Assembly: GCA_038248345.1 (NCBI GenBank)
Contig: JBBRXO010000013.1
Location: 1-40,019 of the forward strand
Source of the DNA: Armatimonadota bacterium
GTDB lineage: Bacteria; Armatimonadota; Hebobacteria; CAIYQO01
Length of the DNA: 40,019 nucleotides
Reading direction: 5' to 3'
This document shows, piece after piece, positions 9,754 through 19,568 of the stretch. A program made the translations under genes and the position numbers. Within the stretch, counting starts at the first letter, position 1. Each line of letters begins with the position of its first letter. The notes beneath the pieces were generated by a model. It was given only the letters and a program-made list of their open reading frames with translations. It did not search any database and had not been told where the DNA came from.

Positions 9754-10833
9754 ATGCGCGAACACCTATTGGAATTAGAACAAACATACGAATCACTCGG
9801 GCAAGAACTGCTTGATCCCAATATCTCCAGCGATCCCTCACGCTTGCACCAGGTTTCGAAGCAATATAGCGATCTGGAGAAGATTGTAGTGAATTTCCGC
9901 GCCCTGCGTAGCGTCGAGGAGCAGATGGAAGACGCCATGCATATGCTGCGCGATGAGAACGAACGTGATTTGCGCGAAATGGCAGAAACAGAACTGGCAG
10001 AGTTAACTACACAAAAGACGGAATTAGAGCGCGATTTGGCCATCCAACTGATGCCCAAAGACCCCTATGAAGACAAAAATATTATGGTGGAAATCCGCGC
10101 CGGTGCAGGCGGCGATGAGGCCTCCCTCTTCGCTGGTGATCTCTATCGCATGTACGCCCGTTATGCCGAGTCGCGCGGTTGGCGCGTCGAGGTAATGAAC
10201 AGCAACGAACAGGGAATCGGCGGCTTCAAGGAGATAGTCTTCGCCGTCGACGGTGAGAGCGTCTACCGCCTCTTTAAATTCGAGTCTGGCGTACACCGTG
10301 TCCAACGCGTCCCGGTCACTGAATCCAGTGGCCGCATCCACACATCCACCGCCACCGTGGCCGTAATGCCCGAGGCGGAGGAAGTGGACGTTCAAATTGA
10401 TGACAAAGATATCCGCATGGAAACCTGCCTCTCCCAGGGAGCGGGCGGGCAGAATGTGCAGAAGACCGAGACTGCTGTGCGTTTGATCCACATCCCTACC
10501 GGCACCGTGGTGCAATGCCAGGATGAGCGCAGCCAGAAGCAAAACCGCTTGAAAGCCATGCGCGTGCTCCGTTCGCGTATTTTAGAGGTAGAGATTGAAA
10601 AGCAGCGTGCCATCATCGACGCCGACCGCCGCTCCCAAGTAGGTTCCGGCGACCGCAGCGAGAAGATACGTACCTACAACTACCCACAGAACCGCATCAC
10701 CGATCACCGCATCAACGTCAGCTGGCATAACATCCCCGCCATGATGAACGGCGAAATCCAGGACATCTTCGATGCCATGCTAACGGCAGAGCGGGCGGAG
10801 AAGCTGGGTGAATTAGCCGGGGCATTGGAGTAA
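9754..10833 (+). CDS. prfA: peptide chain release factor 1
   Basis: PVT specificity motif (RVPVTES), GAGGQNV and [14 protein letters not shown]; start MREHLL after a GGAGG RBS. Confidence 0.97.
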   Translation: MREHLLELEQTYESLGQELLDPNISSDPSRLHQVSKQYSDLEKIVVNFRALRSVEEQMEDAMHMLRDENERDLREMAETELAELTTQKTELERDLAIQLMPKDPYEDKNIMVEIRAGAGGDEASLFAGDLYRMYARYAESRGWRVEVMNSNEQGIGGFKEIVFAVDGESVYRLFKFESGVHRVQRVPVTESSGRIHTSTATVAVMPEAEEVDVQIDDKDIRMETCLSQGAGGQNVQKTETAVRLIHIPTGTVVQCQDERSQKQNRLKAMRVLRSRILEVEIEKQRAIIDADRRSQVGSGDRSEKIRTYNYPQNRITDHRINVSWHNIPAMMNGEIQDIFDAMLTAERAEKLGELAGALE

Positions 10834-10836
10834 CCC

Positions 10837-10926
10837 CGTGGCATGGGCGTCCCGCCCATGAGAAGTGCATTCTATTCGGCACTTTTTCACAGCGCCCGTT
10901 CTCATGGGCGGGACGCCCATGCTACG
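10837..10926. repeat. REP-like inverted doublet between convergent prfA and lptD-like genes
   Basis: Arms CGTGGCATGGGCGTCCCGCCCATGAGAA and TTCTCATGGGCGGGACGCCCATGCTACG; an identical 31-bp copy lies at 29077-29107. Confidence 0.85.
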
Positions 10927-10945
10927 TTGATACAATCCATGTGCC

Positions 10946-13159
10946 CTACATACCAGTGGAAAACCCATTGCCCAACGTCTGGCCGCCCTTCCCATAGCCA
11001 AATTTGGCGGGGGAGATCTCTAGCGCTTTCAAGCGGAAGGACAGACCGAAGGATCGCTGTTCGGCGCTGTAGTTAAACGCCACATTCCAGCAGTGCAGGT
11101 CGCGCGTTACCAGGTATTCGTTGTAGAGAAATTGCTTGTTGATGCCGTCGTAGCCGCCCATCCATTGTACTCCCCAGTTCTTATCCATCTTCCAGTTCAC
11201 GTTGCCGGTCACCTGGCGTAGCTGGCTGTTGGCCAGATCATAGCGGGTGCTCACCTGCGTGAAGAGGCGCGGAGTATCGCGGAAGGTTACCCCACTGGTC
11301 AGGTCACGCCAACTACCAATGTTAGGGTCATATGCCGCCGAATGTTGCATCGACCAACGTTTATCCAATGTGCTTTCCGTGCGAATAGCGACATCTTGCC
11401 AGCGTTTGAAGAGCAGATCCTTGCCGCCGCTGATATATATCTTCTGTGTATTCGTGATCAAGGAGATATTATCGGTAATCGCCTCGGTTGGGTACACTGA
11501 GTCGAATTGAAACGGCGAGTATCCGTCGCTTTGTTGCCGTTGGAAAGAAAGCGAGTGCTGCAGCGGGCCGATTGTCGTCTGCAGGTTTACGCTGGAACTT
11601 AGATAATAGAGCGCAGTGGCATCCTTGTCACCGTAGAAGGTCTGGCGCAGGTTGCCGTTCATAGTGAGGGAGGTCGAACCCATTTTAATGGCTCTAGGGT
11701 TAGCGCTATAATTAAACAGATATCGGTTCAACCGTACATCACCCGGACGCTCATCGTAGTATCCCCATCCTACCGTCAGTCTGCTGGGGATGCTGCTGAG
11801 GAAATCCATATCCATCTTCTGTGCATCAGCTTCATAGTAGATATCTGGCAGTCGCTGAATACCCGTATAATACTGTTGCCCCAGGTCCGGGTGCTCATCC
11901 ACCCGCATGTTGAGGATGCCCGCCCCTACTTGCCGTGTCCAGCTCATGCGGTTCCACATATCCTGGTTTATTGCCGCCGCACCGCCGTTGTCATAACGGC
12001 TGTAGGTGCTGCTATATTGCAGGTTGCCCCCTGCCGCCGGGGCAGTGTAGCTAAGATTGGCGTTACTCGACTCGCTACTGACTGTACTCTCATTCTTCTG
12101 CGTGGAATACCCGGCACGCCACATCGGGCGTTTACTGGGCCCGGTGAGATTCAGCGATAGATTAGTCAGCGTCGTCGGCGTGTTGGTGAAGGATGAGTTT
12201 CCGCGCAGGTCGCCGTGGAACTCCACATTCAAGTCCGCCGGTTCAATAACCTGCTGGTGATCCAGACGTACCACATATTCCTTCAGCATCTCGCGGCCAT
12301 AGAGGAACAGTTCACCTTTGCCCTCTGGCAGCGTATAGAAGTGGTTGATTCCCAATCCTTCACCGCGTTTGGTGGTGGTGTCTAAGCGTACCGTGCCGAT
12401 ATTATTGTCATTCACCACATACTGGTAGCGCAGGCGCATATAATAACCTTCGGTGGCATTGCTGCCAAACTCCGGCACTATCGGTGATTGATGTTCGCGT
12501 AGGGACAAATAGAACCACGGCAGGCGAAAGATCAGCTTGCCCAGTAGATAGACATCGCATTTGTGCGCTATTACCTTATCACCGGGGAATATCTCCAGCT
12601 TCTCGGCGCGGATCTCATAATGCGGGTCATCCAGATGGTTACAGGTGGTCACATATGAATCGGTAGCGATCACCTCATTCGGCAGCCCCTCGATCTTTGC
12701 CCCGCCGGCATATAATGTATCCAGAAACGGCTTACCAAGGCTATTGGCGCTGAAAGCTACAGACCAGTCGAGGAACTCCCAGTGCTTGGTGACCACATTC
12801 ACTTGCAATCCTTCACCATGATATTCAACGCCCTTGTCGGTGGTGAAGACCACCTTCCCCCGCGCCGCTACGGTATTCCGTGCCACATCGTAGCTGGCCT
12901 CGTCGGATTCGATGCTCATGTTACTCGCTTTCACATGCACATCACCGCTCAAGGTGTAGATGTTGCTGCTCAGGGTGATCTTATGCGCCTTCAGGTTGAT
13001 CTTATGCGCCTTCAGGTTGATCTTCCCTGTTGGCGCCAGCATCTCCCCCGACGGCAACACCCCGCTCAACGCGGGCACCTTTTGCCCCCACACCGGCCAG
13101 CAGAGTAGTAATAAGACGACATTCAACACAAACAGACATAGCAAGTTACGATTATTCAT
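10946..13159 (-). CDS. LPS-assembly protein LptD-like outer membrane protein
   Basis: Signal peptide, OstA-like N-terminus, YVTTC..PHYEIRA motif, beta-barrel region ending RDLHCW. Confidence 0.75.
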   Translation of the reverse strand: MNNRNLLCLFVLNVVLLLLCWPVWGQKVPALSGVLPSGEMLAPTGKINLKAHKINLKAHKITLSSNIYTLSGDVHVKASNMSIESDEASYDVARNTVAARGKVVFTTDKGVEYHGEGLQVNVVTKHWEFLDWSVAFSANSLGKPFLDTLYAGGAKIEGLPNEVIATDSYVTTCNHLDDPHYEIRAEKLEIFPGDKVIAHKCDVYLLGKLIFRLPWFYLSLREHQSPIVPEFGSNATEGYYMRLRYQYVVNDNNIGTVRLDTTTKRGEGLGINHFYTLPEGKGELFLYGREMLKEYVVRLDHQQVIEPADLNVEFHGDLRGNSSFTNTPTTLTNLSLNLTGPSKRPMWRAGYSTQKNESTVSSESSNANLSYTAPAAGGNLQYSSTYSRYDNGGAAAINQDMWNRMSWTRQVGAGILNMRVDEHPDLGQQYYTGIQRLPDIYYEADAQKMDMDFLSSIPSRLTVGWGYYDERPGDVRLNRYLFNYSANPRAIKMGSTSLTMNGNLRQTFYGDKDATALYYLSSSVNLQTTIGPLQHSLSFQRQQSDGYSPFQFDSVYPTEAITDNISLITNTQKIYISGGKDLLFKRWQDVAIRTESTLDKRWSMQHSAAYDPNIGSWRDLTSGVTFRDTPRLFTQVSTRYDLANSQLRQVTGNVNWKMDKNWGVQWMGGYDGINKQFLYNEYLVTRDLHCWNVAFNYSAEQRSFGLSFRLKALEISPAKFGYGKGGQTLGNGFSTGM

Positions 13160-13235
13160 TGGTGATTACAGTTTAGGGAGTTAAGCGCAAAAGGGCAAGA
13201 GCGCCACAACAAATATGCAATAGCGCTCCTGCTTT

Positions 13236-13264
13236 TTGACATTCCCCCCCACTCCCCCTACAAT
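13236..13264 (+). promoter_or_regulatory. sigma70-type promoter for the AEC-birA-rsmD operon
   Basis: TTGACA-17-TACAAT. Confidence 0.7.
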
Positions 13265-13298
13265 TATCTCTATCTACTGTTTGTGATGATATGGGGGA

Positions 13299-14294
13299 TT
13301 GATGGCGGGTTGGCTGGTGGTGTTACTCAAGATCGTGGCGATGTTTCTGGTTATTATGGCTGGCTGGCTCGCGCGGCGGCGGAATTTTCTTACCGGGGAG
13401 ACTACCGTCACCCTTAGCAAATTCATCGTTAGCCTGGCTATGCCCGCGATGGTGTTCATCAGTATGCTCACCACTGTCACCCCCGCTACCATCAGGCAAG
13501 ACTGGTATCTCCCCCTGGTCGGCGCCGGGATAATCCTCCTTGGCTTGGGCGTCGGCTGGGCAGTGCAGCCGTTCTTTCAGCTAGGTAACCAACGCGCTAC
13601 CTTCCTTTTTCTCATCGCCATCGCCAACTGGGTCTACCTGCCCCTCCCCATCGTCGATGTCCTTTATGGCTCCGAAGGGGTGCGGGTGGTGCTGCTCTTT
13701 AACGTGGGAGCACAACTCGTTCTGTGGACGTTAGGCGTATGGACGCTGCGTGGCGGCAAGCCGGACAAGGCATCTCTCCGCGAGGTCTTCACCAACGCGG
13801 GCATTATCGCCGCCGTGATGGGCATCGTGCTTGCGCTGCTTTTTCCGGTGATGCGCACACTGGGCGATGCTCAGCCCGCCGGGGCCTTTGCCCTCGTCGC
13901 CTCACCACTTTACCAGGCGCTAAAACTCGTGGGCGATCTCACTATCCCGCTTTCGCTTATCGTCACCGGCGCGCAATTAGGTGGGCTTGATTTCTCCGCC
14001 CATCGCCCCACCCCTGCCCTCTTCGGCGTGTTGGGTGCCCGCCTTTTACTTGCCCCGCTGGCGATGGCGGCGCTATTCATCGGGTTAAATACTCTCGGCT
14101 GGCGGCTTCCCGACATGGCACGGATGGTGACATATATTACCATCGCCATGCCGGTAGCCATCAGCTGCAGCATCTTTACCGAGCGTTTCGGCGGTGATAC
14201 TTCCCTCGCCGCCCGCGCCATCTTCTATAGCACCTTGTTAAGCATCGTCACCGTACCCGCATTCTTCTACCTGGTGCAGAGAGCAGGATTATAA
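13299..14294 (+). CDS. AEC (auxin efflux carrier) family transporter
   Basis: About 10 TM; N..YLPLPI, IPLSLIVTG and AMPVA motifs. Confidence 0.88.
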   Translation: MMAGWLVVLLKIVAMFLVIMAGWLARRRNFLTGETTVTLSKFIVSLAMPAMVFISMLTTVTPATIRQDWYLPLVGAGIILLGLGVGWAVQPFFQLGNQRATFLFLIAIANWVYLPLPIVDVLYGSEGVRVVLLFNVGAQLVLWTLGVWTLRGGKPDKASLREVFTNAGIIAAVMGIVLALLFPVMRTLGDAQPAGAFALVASPLYQALKLVGDLTIPLSLIVTGAQLGGLDFSAHRPTPALFGVLGARLLLAPLAMAALFIGLNTLGWRLPDMARMVTYITIAMPVAISCSIFTERFGGDTSLAARAIFYSTLLSIVTVPAFFYLVQRAGL

Positions 14295-15043
14295 TGGATC
14301 AAAGCCAGATACGGCGATTACTCTGCGACAGCTATTCCGTTGTATACTATGAGGATTTACCCTCCACTAACGACCGTGCCCTGGAGCTGGCCCGCGCCGG
14401 TGCGCCCCACGGCACCGTGGTGGTCGCCGAGTACCAGACGGCAGGCCGGGGCCGCCGCGGCGCTCAATGGAGCGCTCCCGCCGGCAGTAGCGTCCTCGCC
14501 TCGCTGGTACTCCGCCCGGAGAAGCAGCTTTCCCCGCATGTGTTAGCGATATATTCCGGTGCCACAGTCGCCAGCGCGCTGGATATTTTGGGCATCCCAG
14601 CGAAGGTTAAGTGGCCGAATGACATTATGGTGGAAGACCGGAAGGTAGCAGGTATTCTCATCGAAACCACCGGCGATGCTGTGGTTATCGGCATCGGTAT
14701 CAATCACGACATCCCTGATGACGATTTCCCACCGGATCTTCATTATCCTGCTGGCTCACTCACCCAGTTAGGATACCCAACCAATATAGAATTGATTTTT
14801 GCGAAAGTAATCAATGAACTACAGACGAATTTACCGCTAGCCTATGAGGAAAGGTCATTGAAACTGCTCCTGCTCTGGAACAAATTCAACTGGATGAAGC
14901 GAAAGAAAGTGCGCGTCTGCGGCCACATGGGAGTAGTGGAGGGCGACGGAGTATTCCTCAGCGGCAATGATATGAAGTTCCATATCTTCCGCGACGGCGG
15001 GGTAGTTCCCATGCCTTTGACCAGCAAAATTGAGGTAATCTAA
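14294..15043 (+). CDS. birA: biotin--acetyl-CoA-carboxylase ligase (no HTH domain)
   Basis: STND, QTAGRGRRG..W, KWPND and KVAGIL motifs. Confidence 0.93.
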   Translation: MDQSQIRRLLCDSYSVVYYEDLPSTNDRALELARAGAPHGTVVVAEYQTAGRGRRGAQWSAPAGSSVLASLVLRPEKQLSPHVLAIYSGATVASALDILGIPAKVKWPNDIMVEDRKVAGILIETTGDAVVIGIGINHDIPDDDFPPDLHYPAGSLTQLGYPTNIELIFAKVINELQTNLPLAYEERSLKLLLLWNKFNWMKRKKVRVCGHMGVVEGDGVFLSGNDMKFHIFRDGGVVPMPLTSKIEVI

Positions 15044-15600
15044 TGCGTATTGGAGGTGGTGAGTTTCGAGGGCGAACCCTGCATACCCCGGCAGGTGATG
15101 CCACGCGCCCCACTTCAGGGCTGGTGCGTGAGACGCTCTTCAATATCCTCACCCCGTTGCTCCCTGACGCCCGCATCCTCGATCTCTTCGCCGGCAGTGG
15201 CAGTGTGGGGCTGGAGGCGTTGAGCCGTGGCGCGGGACATGCTACTTTCTGCGAGAACGCCCACAGCGCACTGAAGTATTTGAAGCAGAATATCACCGAA
15301 CTTGAGCTAGAGGATTACGTCAGCACCTTACCTATTGATTTTAATCGTGCGCTTGAGCAATTGTACAAACAAGGCGAGAAGTTCGACATAATCTTTCTCG
15401 ACCCCCCTTTTGCGGATATTGAATCCTATAATAAAGTACTGGAATTGGTAAGCATTACTCCGTCTCTACTCGCCGAGGATGGGCTTTGCGTTGCGCAGCA
15501 TTATCGGCGCCTTCGCTTGCCTGTGGAATATGGACAGCTAGTACGTGCCCGTGTGCGCGAAATTGGTGATAACGTGCTGACTTTCTACCGTTTGAAATAG
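15043..15600 (+). CDS. rsmD: 16S rRNA m2G966 methyltransferase
   Basis: MRIGGGEFRGR, TRPT, LDLFAGSG, EALSRGA and FLDPPF motifs. Confidence 0.95.
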   Translation: MRIGGGEFRGRTLHTPAGDATRPTSGLVRETLFNILTPLLPDARILDLFAGSGSVGLEALSRGAGHATFCENAHSALKYLKQNITELELEDYVSTLPIDFNRALEQLYKQGEKFDIIFLDPPFADIESYNKVLELVSITPSLLAEDGLCVAQHYRRLRLPVEYGQLVRARVREIGDNVLTFYRLK

Positions 15601-15638
15601 GAGAACGGGGGCACCTTGTTCGCATCATGCCGTGAAGA

Positions 15639-16403
15639 CTATACCGGGTGTGCCACCAATATCAATAATGCCACCAGTACCAGCGCCACCGCGGCCCCCC
15701 ATAGTACTTCAGCGAGTGAGTGTATCTTGCCTTCCACCCGGCTCTGTGCCACTAATATAGCCAGCACCAGCGCCATTATCGATGCGGTGGGGTTGAAGTT
15801 GCTGGAGATCGCAATGGCGGCGCATAGCAGAAATGATACCGCTGAATGGCCACTAACTGCCCCACCCCGTAGGATACTGCCGTGCCCCACGCGCACCTTC
15901 GCCAGTGGGACAATGATAAAGAGCAGTGCGACCCCCACGATAATCATCACCACCATGTTGGCATCATTGATCTTATCAGTCAGGTTGGTGTGAGTGGATT
16001 TCATGAAAGAATTAATCGTATTCTTGTTGAGAAACACCGCACAGCCGACGAGGAAGGCATATATTGAAGCTATCAGCACCCCACCTGCGGCCACGTCCTT
16101 GGCGATCTTCGCCAGTGGGTGATAAACGTCCGTAATCATGTTCACCACCACCTCGACGGCAGTGTTGAATAATTCCGCCATTAACACCAGAGATATGGCG
16201 GAGATCACAAAAAGCACTTCGGTAACATTTTTGCCAGTAGTGTAACAGAGCAGGAAGACCAGGATAACAATAAACAGTTGGAGCCGCACGTGGCGTTGTG
16301 TCCAGATGACGTGCGAAAACCCCTCGAAAGCACGGGCAAAGCTCTCCAGTAAATTTCTATTAGCCATCGGGCTGGAAGGGTGAACCGAGGGTTTACCTGT
16401 CAT
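15639..16403 (-). CDS. dgkA: diacylglycerol/undecaprenol kinase DgkA fused to a PAP2-like domain
   Basis: ELFNTAVE and AKIAKDVAAG motifs, then SGHSA and SRVEGKIH; start placed after the ybeY stop. Confidence 0.85.
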   Translation of the reverse strand: MTGKPSVHPSSPMANRNLLESFARAFEGFSHVIWTQRHVRLQLFIVILVFLLCYTTGKNVTEVLFVISAISLVLMAELFNTAVEVVVNMITDVYHPLAKIAKDVAAGGVLIASIYAFLVGCAVFLNKNTINSFMKSTHTNLTDKINDANMVVMIIVGVALLFIIVPLAKVRVGHGSILRGGAVSGHSAVSFLLCAAIAISSNFNPTASIMALVLAILVAQSRVEGKIHSLAEVLWGAAVALVLVALLILVAHPV

Positions 16404-16410
16404 CGGAGTT

Positions 16411-16851
16411 TTATCCGCTGATCCGTCCCCAGATTTCCGCTCCCTTTCTGACCATCGTCGCATAACCTTCGGTAGTGGCATCATCATACCCCAATAAATG
16501 TAAAACTCCATGTATTGCCAGGTGGCAAACCTCGATATCAAGGCTATGCCCGGCAGTTAGCGCCTGTTTTTCGGCGGTATCCACTGATATTACAATATCT
16601 CCCAGCAGACGGGAAGTCATCCCCGGGAAAATAAACTCCGATTCCTGCGAAAAAGAGAGCACATCTGTCGGTTTATCGAGCTTTCGGTATTCCCGATTCA
16701 ATGCTTGCATCTCATCATCGCCTACTAGCGCCACACTTACTTCCACAGTACGCGGTTTCACTCCCTCGGAGAGCAGAGCCGCTTCAATCGCCTGGCGCAT
16801 TTTCTTCTGTGTCACCCGCGTCGAGTGTCGTTTGCTGATTAGTGTTGGCAC
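16411..16851 (-). CDS. ybeY: rRNA maturation endoribonuclease YbeY
   Basis: LNREYR..DKPTDVLSF, LGDIVIS and HGVLHLLGYD motifs. Confidence 0.95.
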   Translation of the reverse strand: MPTLISKRHSTRVTQKKMRQAIEAALLSEGVKPRTVEVSVALVGDDEMQALNREYRKLDKPTDVLSFSQESEFIFPGMTSRLLGDIVISVDTAEKQALTAGHSLDIEVCHLAIHGVLHLLGYDDATTEGYATMVRKGAEIWGRISG

Positions 16852-18964
16852 GTACCTGTGTCCTCTCCCCGATTTTTTTATCTTTCATATCAGGATACTC
16901 TATCCGGGTATATGAGTACAATCCGGTAAGGATGCGCAGGAAGACTTCACTTACCAGCCGCAGATCGCGACGGGTGATTGGGCAGTCATCCAATTGCCCA
17001 TCATCCAGCCTGTTTTGGATGATCTCATTCACCATCTCCGCAATCCGTTGCGCATTAGGTTGCTGTATTGACTTCACCGATGCTTGCACGCTATCTGAGA
17101 GCATCACCAGCGCTGCCTCGCGTGTGGTCGGTTTGGGACCGGGATAGCGGTACTCATATTCCGATACTGGGTCACCGTTAGCTTCTGTCAATGCTCGATG
17201 GTAAAAATATACCGCCAGGGTGGTGCCATGGTGTTCGCTGACAATCTGCACCACTTCTTCGGGTAGCTGGTTTTCCCGCGCAGTCTCTACGCCATCGCGT
17301 ACATGATTGCTCAATATCAGATATGACATCTTCGGCGTCAGTTTCTCATGTACATTCTCAATCCCCAGTGGCGCCTGGTTCTCCACAAAAAAAGTCGGGC
17401 GCTTCAGTTTACCGATATCATGATAGAGTGCTGCTACGCGGGTAAGCAGCGAATCAACGCCGATGGCATCTGCCGCTGCTTCGGCCATATTGGCCACCAT
17501 TACACTGGAGTGGTAGCTCCCCGGCGCCTCTAACATCATGCGCCGTAGAATAGGCTCATTCGGGTTTGATAGCTCCATCAAGCGATAATGAGTGAGGATG
17601 CCGAAGGGACGCGCCAGCATATATATCGCCCCTACGGCGATGAATATTGCACCCAGCCCCCCGGCTGTAGCCCAGAGAGTCCGAGTACCGATATCTGACC
17701 ATAAGAATAATGTGCTGTTACCGCTGGGGATAATACTTGGTACCACTGTAAGTAACAACAGATTGATCACTATCAGTGCCAATGCCGCCAGCACCGTACT
17801 GCGCGCGGGCCAGATAAAAGAGACCATGATGATTCCGGCCAGTGCGCTCCCAAGTGTCAGCAAAAAGATCGCAAACTGGTGGTCTGCTGGGAAAGACGCC
17901 GCCAACGCAGTGAGCACCGCTGCTGGCACAGCAACCAGGCCACCGAGAAGTCCTGCGACGACCATGCAACCAGCGGGGACAGCGATCAAGGCTACCAGGT
18001 ACTGCTGCTCGCCGACGCTGAATGCAGTAGCCGCCCACACTGACGCAACCAGGAGAATTGCCAGCAACGTGAGTTTCTGCGAGCTATCATAAACCGAGCG
18101 AGTGAATACCCGCAGATATACCCCAAAAAAGATGACACCCAGCAAAATGATCAACGCCAGCGGAACTACCAATGTATAGGTGCCGGAGAGTAACAAACGA
18201 TTATGCTGCAACTGCCGCAGGTTGCTCTCGCTGAGAGTAACTCCTTTGCGCAGAATCACATCACCCGGTTTGTAGATGCGGTATACTGGACTGACAGCAT
18301 CACGCGCCAGTTTTTTGGCAACATCAGTAGCGGCAGCATCTTTCACCCAGGTTGCATGGAAGGCGGCGCGGGTGACCATTTTCAATAGGCGTGCGTTATT
18401 CTCCAGTTTCTCGCGCTCAATTACCAATGGGTCGATATACTGCTGCGCCGCCACCTCTTCTTTTCCTTCTTCAACGCGTTGTGCCATGGCGACAGTCAGA
18501 ATTTCAACTGCTTTGCTATGCAGGTTCTCGCGGGTGGCTTGATCCAGTTGGGCTAACTCCGCCGACAACTCCGGCGCCAGTTTGGCGGGACTGTCTTTCC
18601 CCGTTGTTTTTACCGAGGAGAATATTTTATCGACATCCTGCAACGCCGTAGGCAAGGCCGTAGTGTCAGCAATAAACTCGGAAGTCACCGCTTTTTCTGC
18701 GCTATCACGCAACCGTGTAGTCTCTTCGTCGTCTTCCCAACGAATCTCGGTCGTGGCTTGAATATCACGTGGAACGGGTTGCTCTACACGGAACTGATCT
18801 AATGAGGAGCCGACACGATAGAAATCAAGATGGGGGAATATACAGATCGTGAGCAATGCCGTTGTGACTAAGCACAATAATGCTCGGTAAAAAAGTAACC
18901 ACGGGAATTCTCCCGAACTATGGGCCGCAATGGGCCAAGCAGGAAGTTTCATTTTCGGAGTCAT
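16784..18964 (-). CDS. 7TM-HD (HDIG) phosphohydrolase, PgpH/YqfF-like c-di-AMP phosphodiesterase
   Basis: Extracellular domain plus 7TM; APGSYHSS, YHDIGK, FFVENQ, EHHGT and YRYPGPKP motifs; located upstream of ybeY-dgkA. Confidence 0.9.
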   Translation of the reverse strand: MTPKMKLPAWPIAAHSSGEFPWLLFYRALLCLVTTALLTICIFPHLDFYRVGSSLDQFRVEQPVPRDIQATTEIRWEDDEETTRLRDSAEKAVTSEFIADTTALPTALQDVDKIFSSVKTTGKDSPAKLAPELSAELAQLDQATRENLHSKAVEILTVAMAQRVEEGKEEVAAQQYIDPLVIEREKLENNARLLKMVTRAAFHATWVKDAAATDVAKKLARDAVSPVYRIYKPGDVILRKGVTLSESNLRQLQHNRLLLSGTYTLVVPLALIILLGVIFFGVYLRVFTRSVYDSSQKLTLLAILLVASVWAATAFSVGEQQYLVALIAVPAGCMVVAGLLGGLVAVPAAVLTALAASFPADHQFAIFLLTLGSALAGIIMVSFIWPARSTVLAALALIVINLLLLTVVPSIIPSGNSTLFLWSDIGTRTLWATAGGLGAIFIAVGAIYMLARPFGILTHYRLMELSNPNEPILRRMMLEAPGSYHSSVMVANMAEAAADAIGVDSLLTRVAALYHDIGKLKRPTFFVENQAPLGIENVHEKLTPKMSYLILSNHVRDGVETARENQLPEEVVQIVSEHHGTTLAVYFYHRALTEANGDPVSEYEYRYPGPKPTTREAALVMLSDSVQASVKSIQQPNAQRIAEMVNEIIQNRLDDGQLDDCPITRRDLRLVSEVFLRILTGLYSYTRIEYPDMKDKKIGERTQVRANTNQQTTLDAGDTEENAPGD

Positions 18965-19071
18965 TTAGTTTTCCTCACCACCGGCAGTATACGCAGGCAT
19001 ACTACCGCCATGACTTCGTCAATGTCGGGCAAGGTAACAGATGCGGAAGTGGCGGTTTCCTCATTTGGCAA
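18961..19071 (-). CDS. putative 36-aa small ORF
   Basis: AAGGAG RBS 9 nt before TTG; MPNEETATSASVTLPDIDEVMAVVCLRILPVVRKTK; stop overlaps the HD gene start (ATGA). Confidence 0.4.
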   Translation of the reverse strand: MPNEETATSASVTLPDIDEVMAVVCLRILPVVRKTK

Positions 19072-19129
19072 GTAAAACTACTCCTTCAGGCGAGGTAATA
19101 AGCAGGTGTGAGAGGAAAATAATAGATAG

Positions 19130-19165
19130 TAATGGGCGACGCGATTTACATCACGTCGCCCATTA
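19130..19165 (-). terminator. hairpin downstream of rpsU
   Basis: TAATGGGCGACG...CGTCGCCCATTA. Confidence 0.6.
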
Positions 19166-19170
19166 TTTCA

Positions 19171-19362
19171 CTATTCTGCAGTGGAGTTCTTAATTTTTCG
19201 GCGCGCACTTGTAGCGGCGAGTCGGCGTTTGCGTTCACTCGGCTTTTCATAACGCTCATGACGTCGTGCTTCTTCCATCACGCCAGCCTGCTGAACCTGT
19301 CTTTTCAGGCGACGAATGGCGTTTTCCAACGACTCACCATCGCGTACTTCAACCATAACCAT
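19171..19362 (-). CDS. rpsU: 30S ribosomal protein S21
   Basis: VRDGESLENAIRRLKR...RRHERYEKPSERKR; AAGGAG RBS. Confidence 0.95.
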   Translation of the reverse strand: MVMVEVRDGESLENAIRRLKRQVQQAGVMEEARRHERYEKPSERKRRLAATSARRKIKNSTAE

Positions 19363-19423
19363 ATGCAATCAACTCCTTCCGTCTACGAGCGTGCCCCGGG
19401 CACAGCTGCGCCTGATCCACAAT

Positions 19424-19453
19424 ATTATAGGCGCGAACGGGTGCTGGTGTCAA
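19424..19453 (-). promoter_or_regulatory. consensus sigma70 promoter of rpsU
   Basis: TTGACA-18-TATAAT. Confidence 0.8.
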
Positions 19454-19507
19454 ATTTATAGGTACCTATTACTCCGCGATCTACCTCACCAAGGCCACCG
19501 TCACCCC

Positions 19508-19551
19508 TTGCAAACATGCATACTGTATGTTATAGTACAAACATACATTCG
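19508..19551 (+). promoter_or_regulatory. promoter overlapped by putative LexA (Cheo-box-like) sites
   Basis: TTGCAA-17-(TG)TATAGT; CAAAC-ATAC-ATTCG at 19538-19551 and a weaker CAAAC-ATGC-ATACT at 19511-19524. Confidence 0.5.
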
Positions 19552-19568
19552 CTAGTGAAGGAGTGTCG

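Noticed and set aside
16404..16541. Long N-terminus of dgkA in the ORF track
   Set aside because: Overlaps ybeY; a downstream ATG fits better
19010..19090. AAGGAGTAG resembling a yybP-ykoY riboswitch
   Set aside because: The other conserved segments are not found on the same strand; better explained as the RBS of the small ORF
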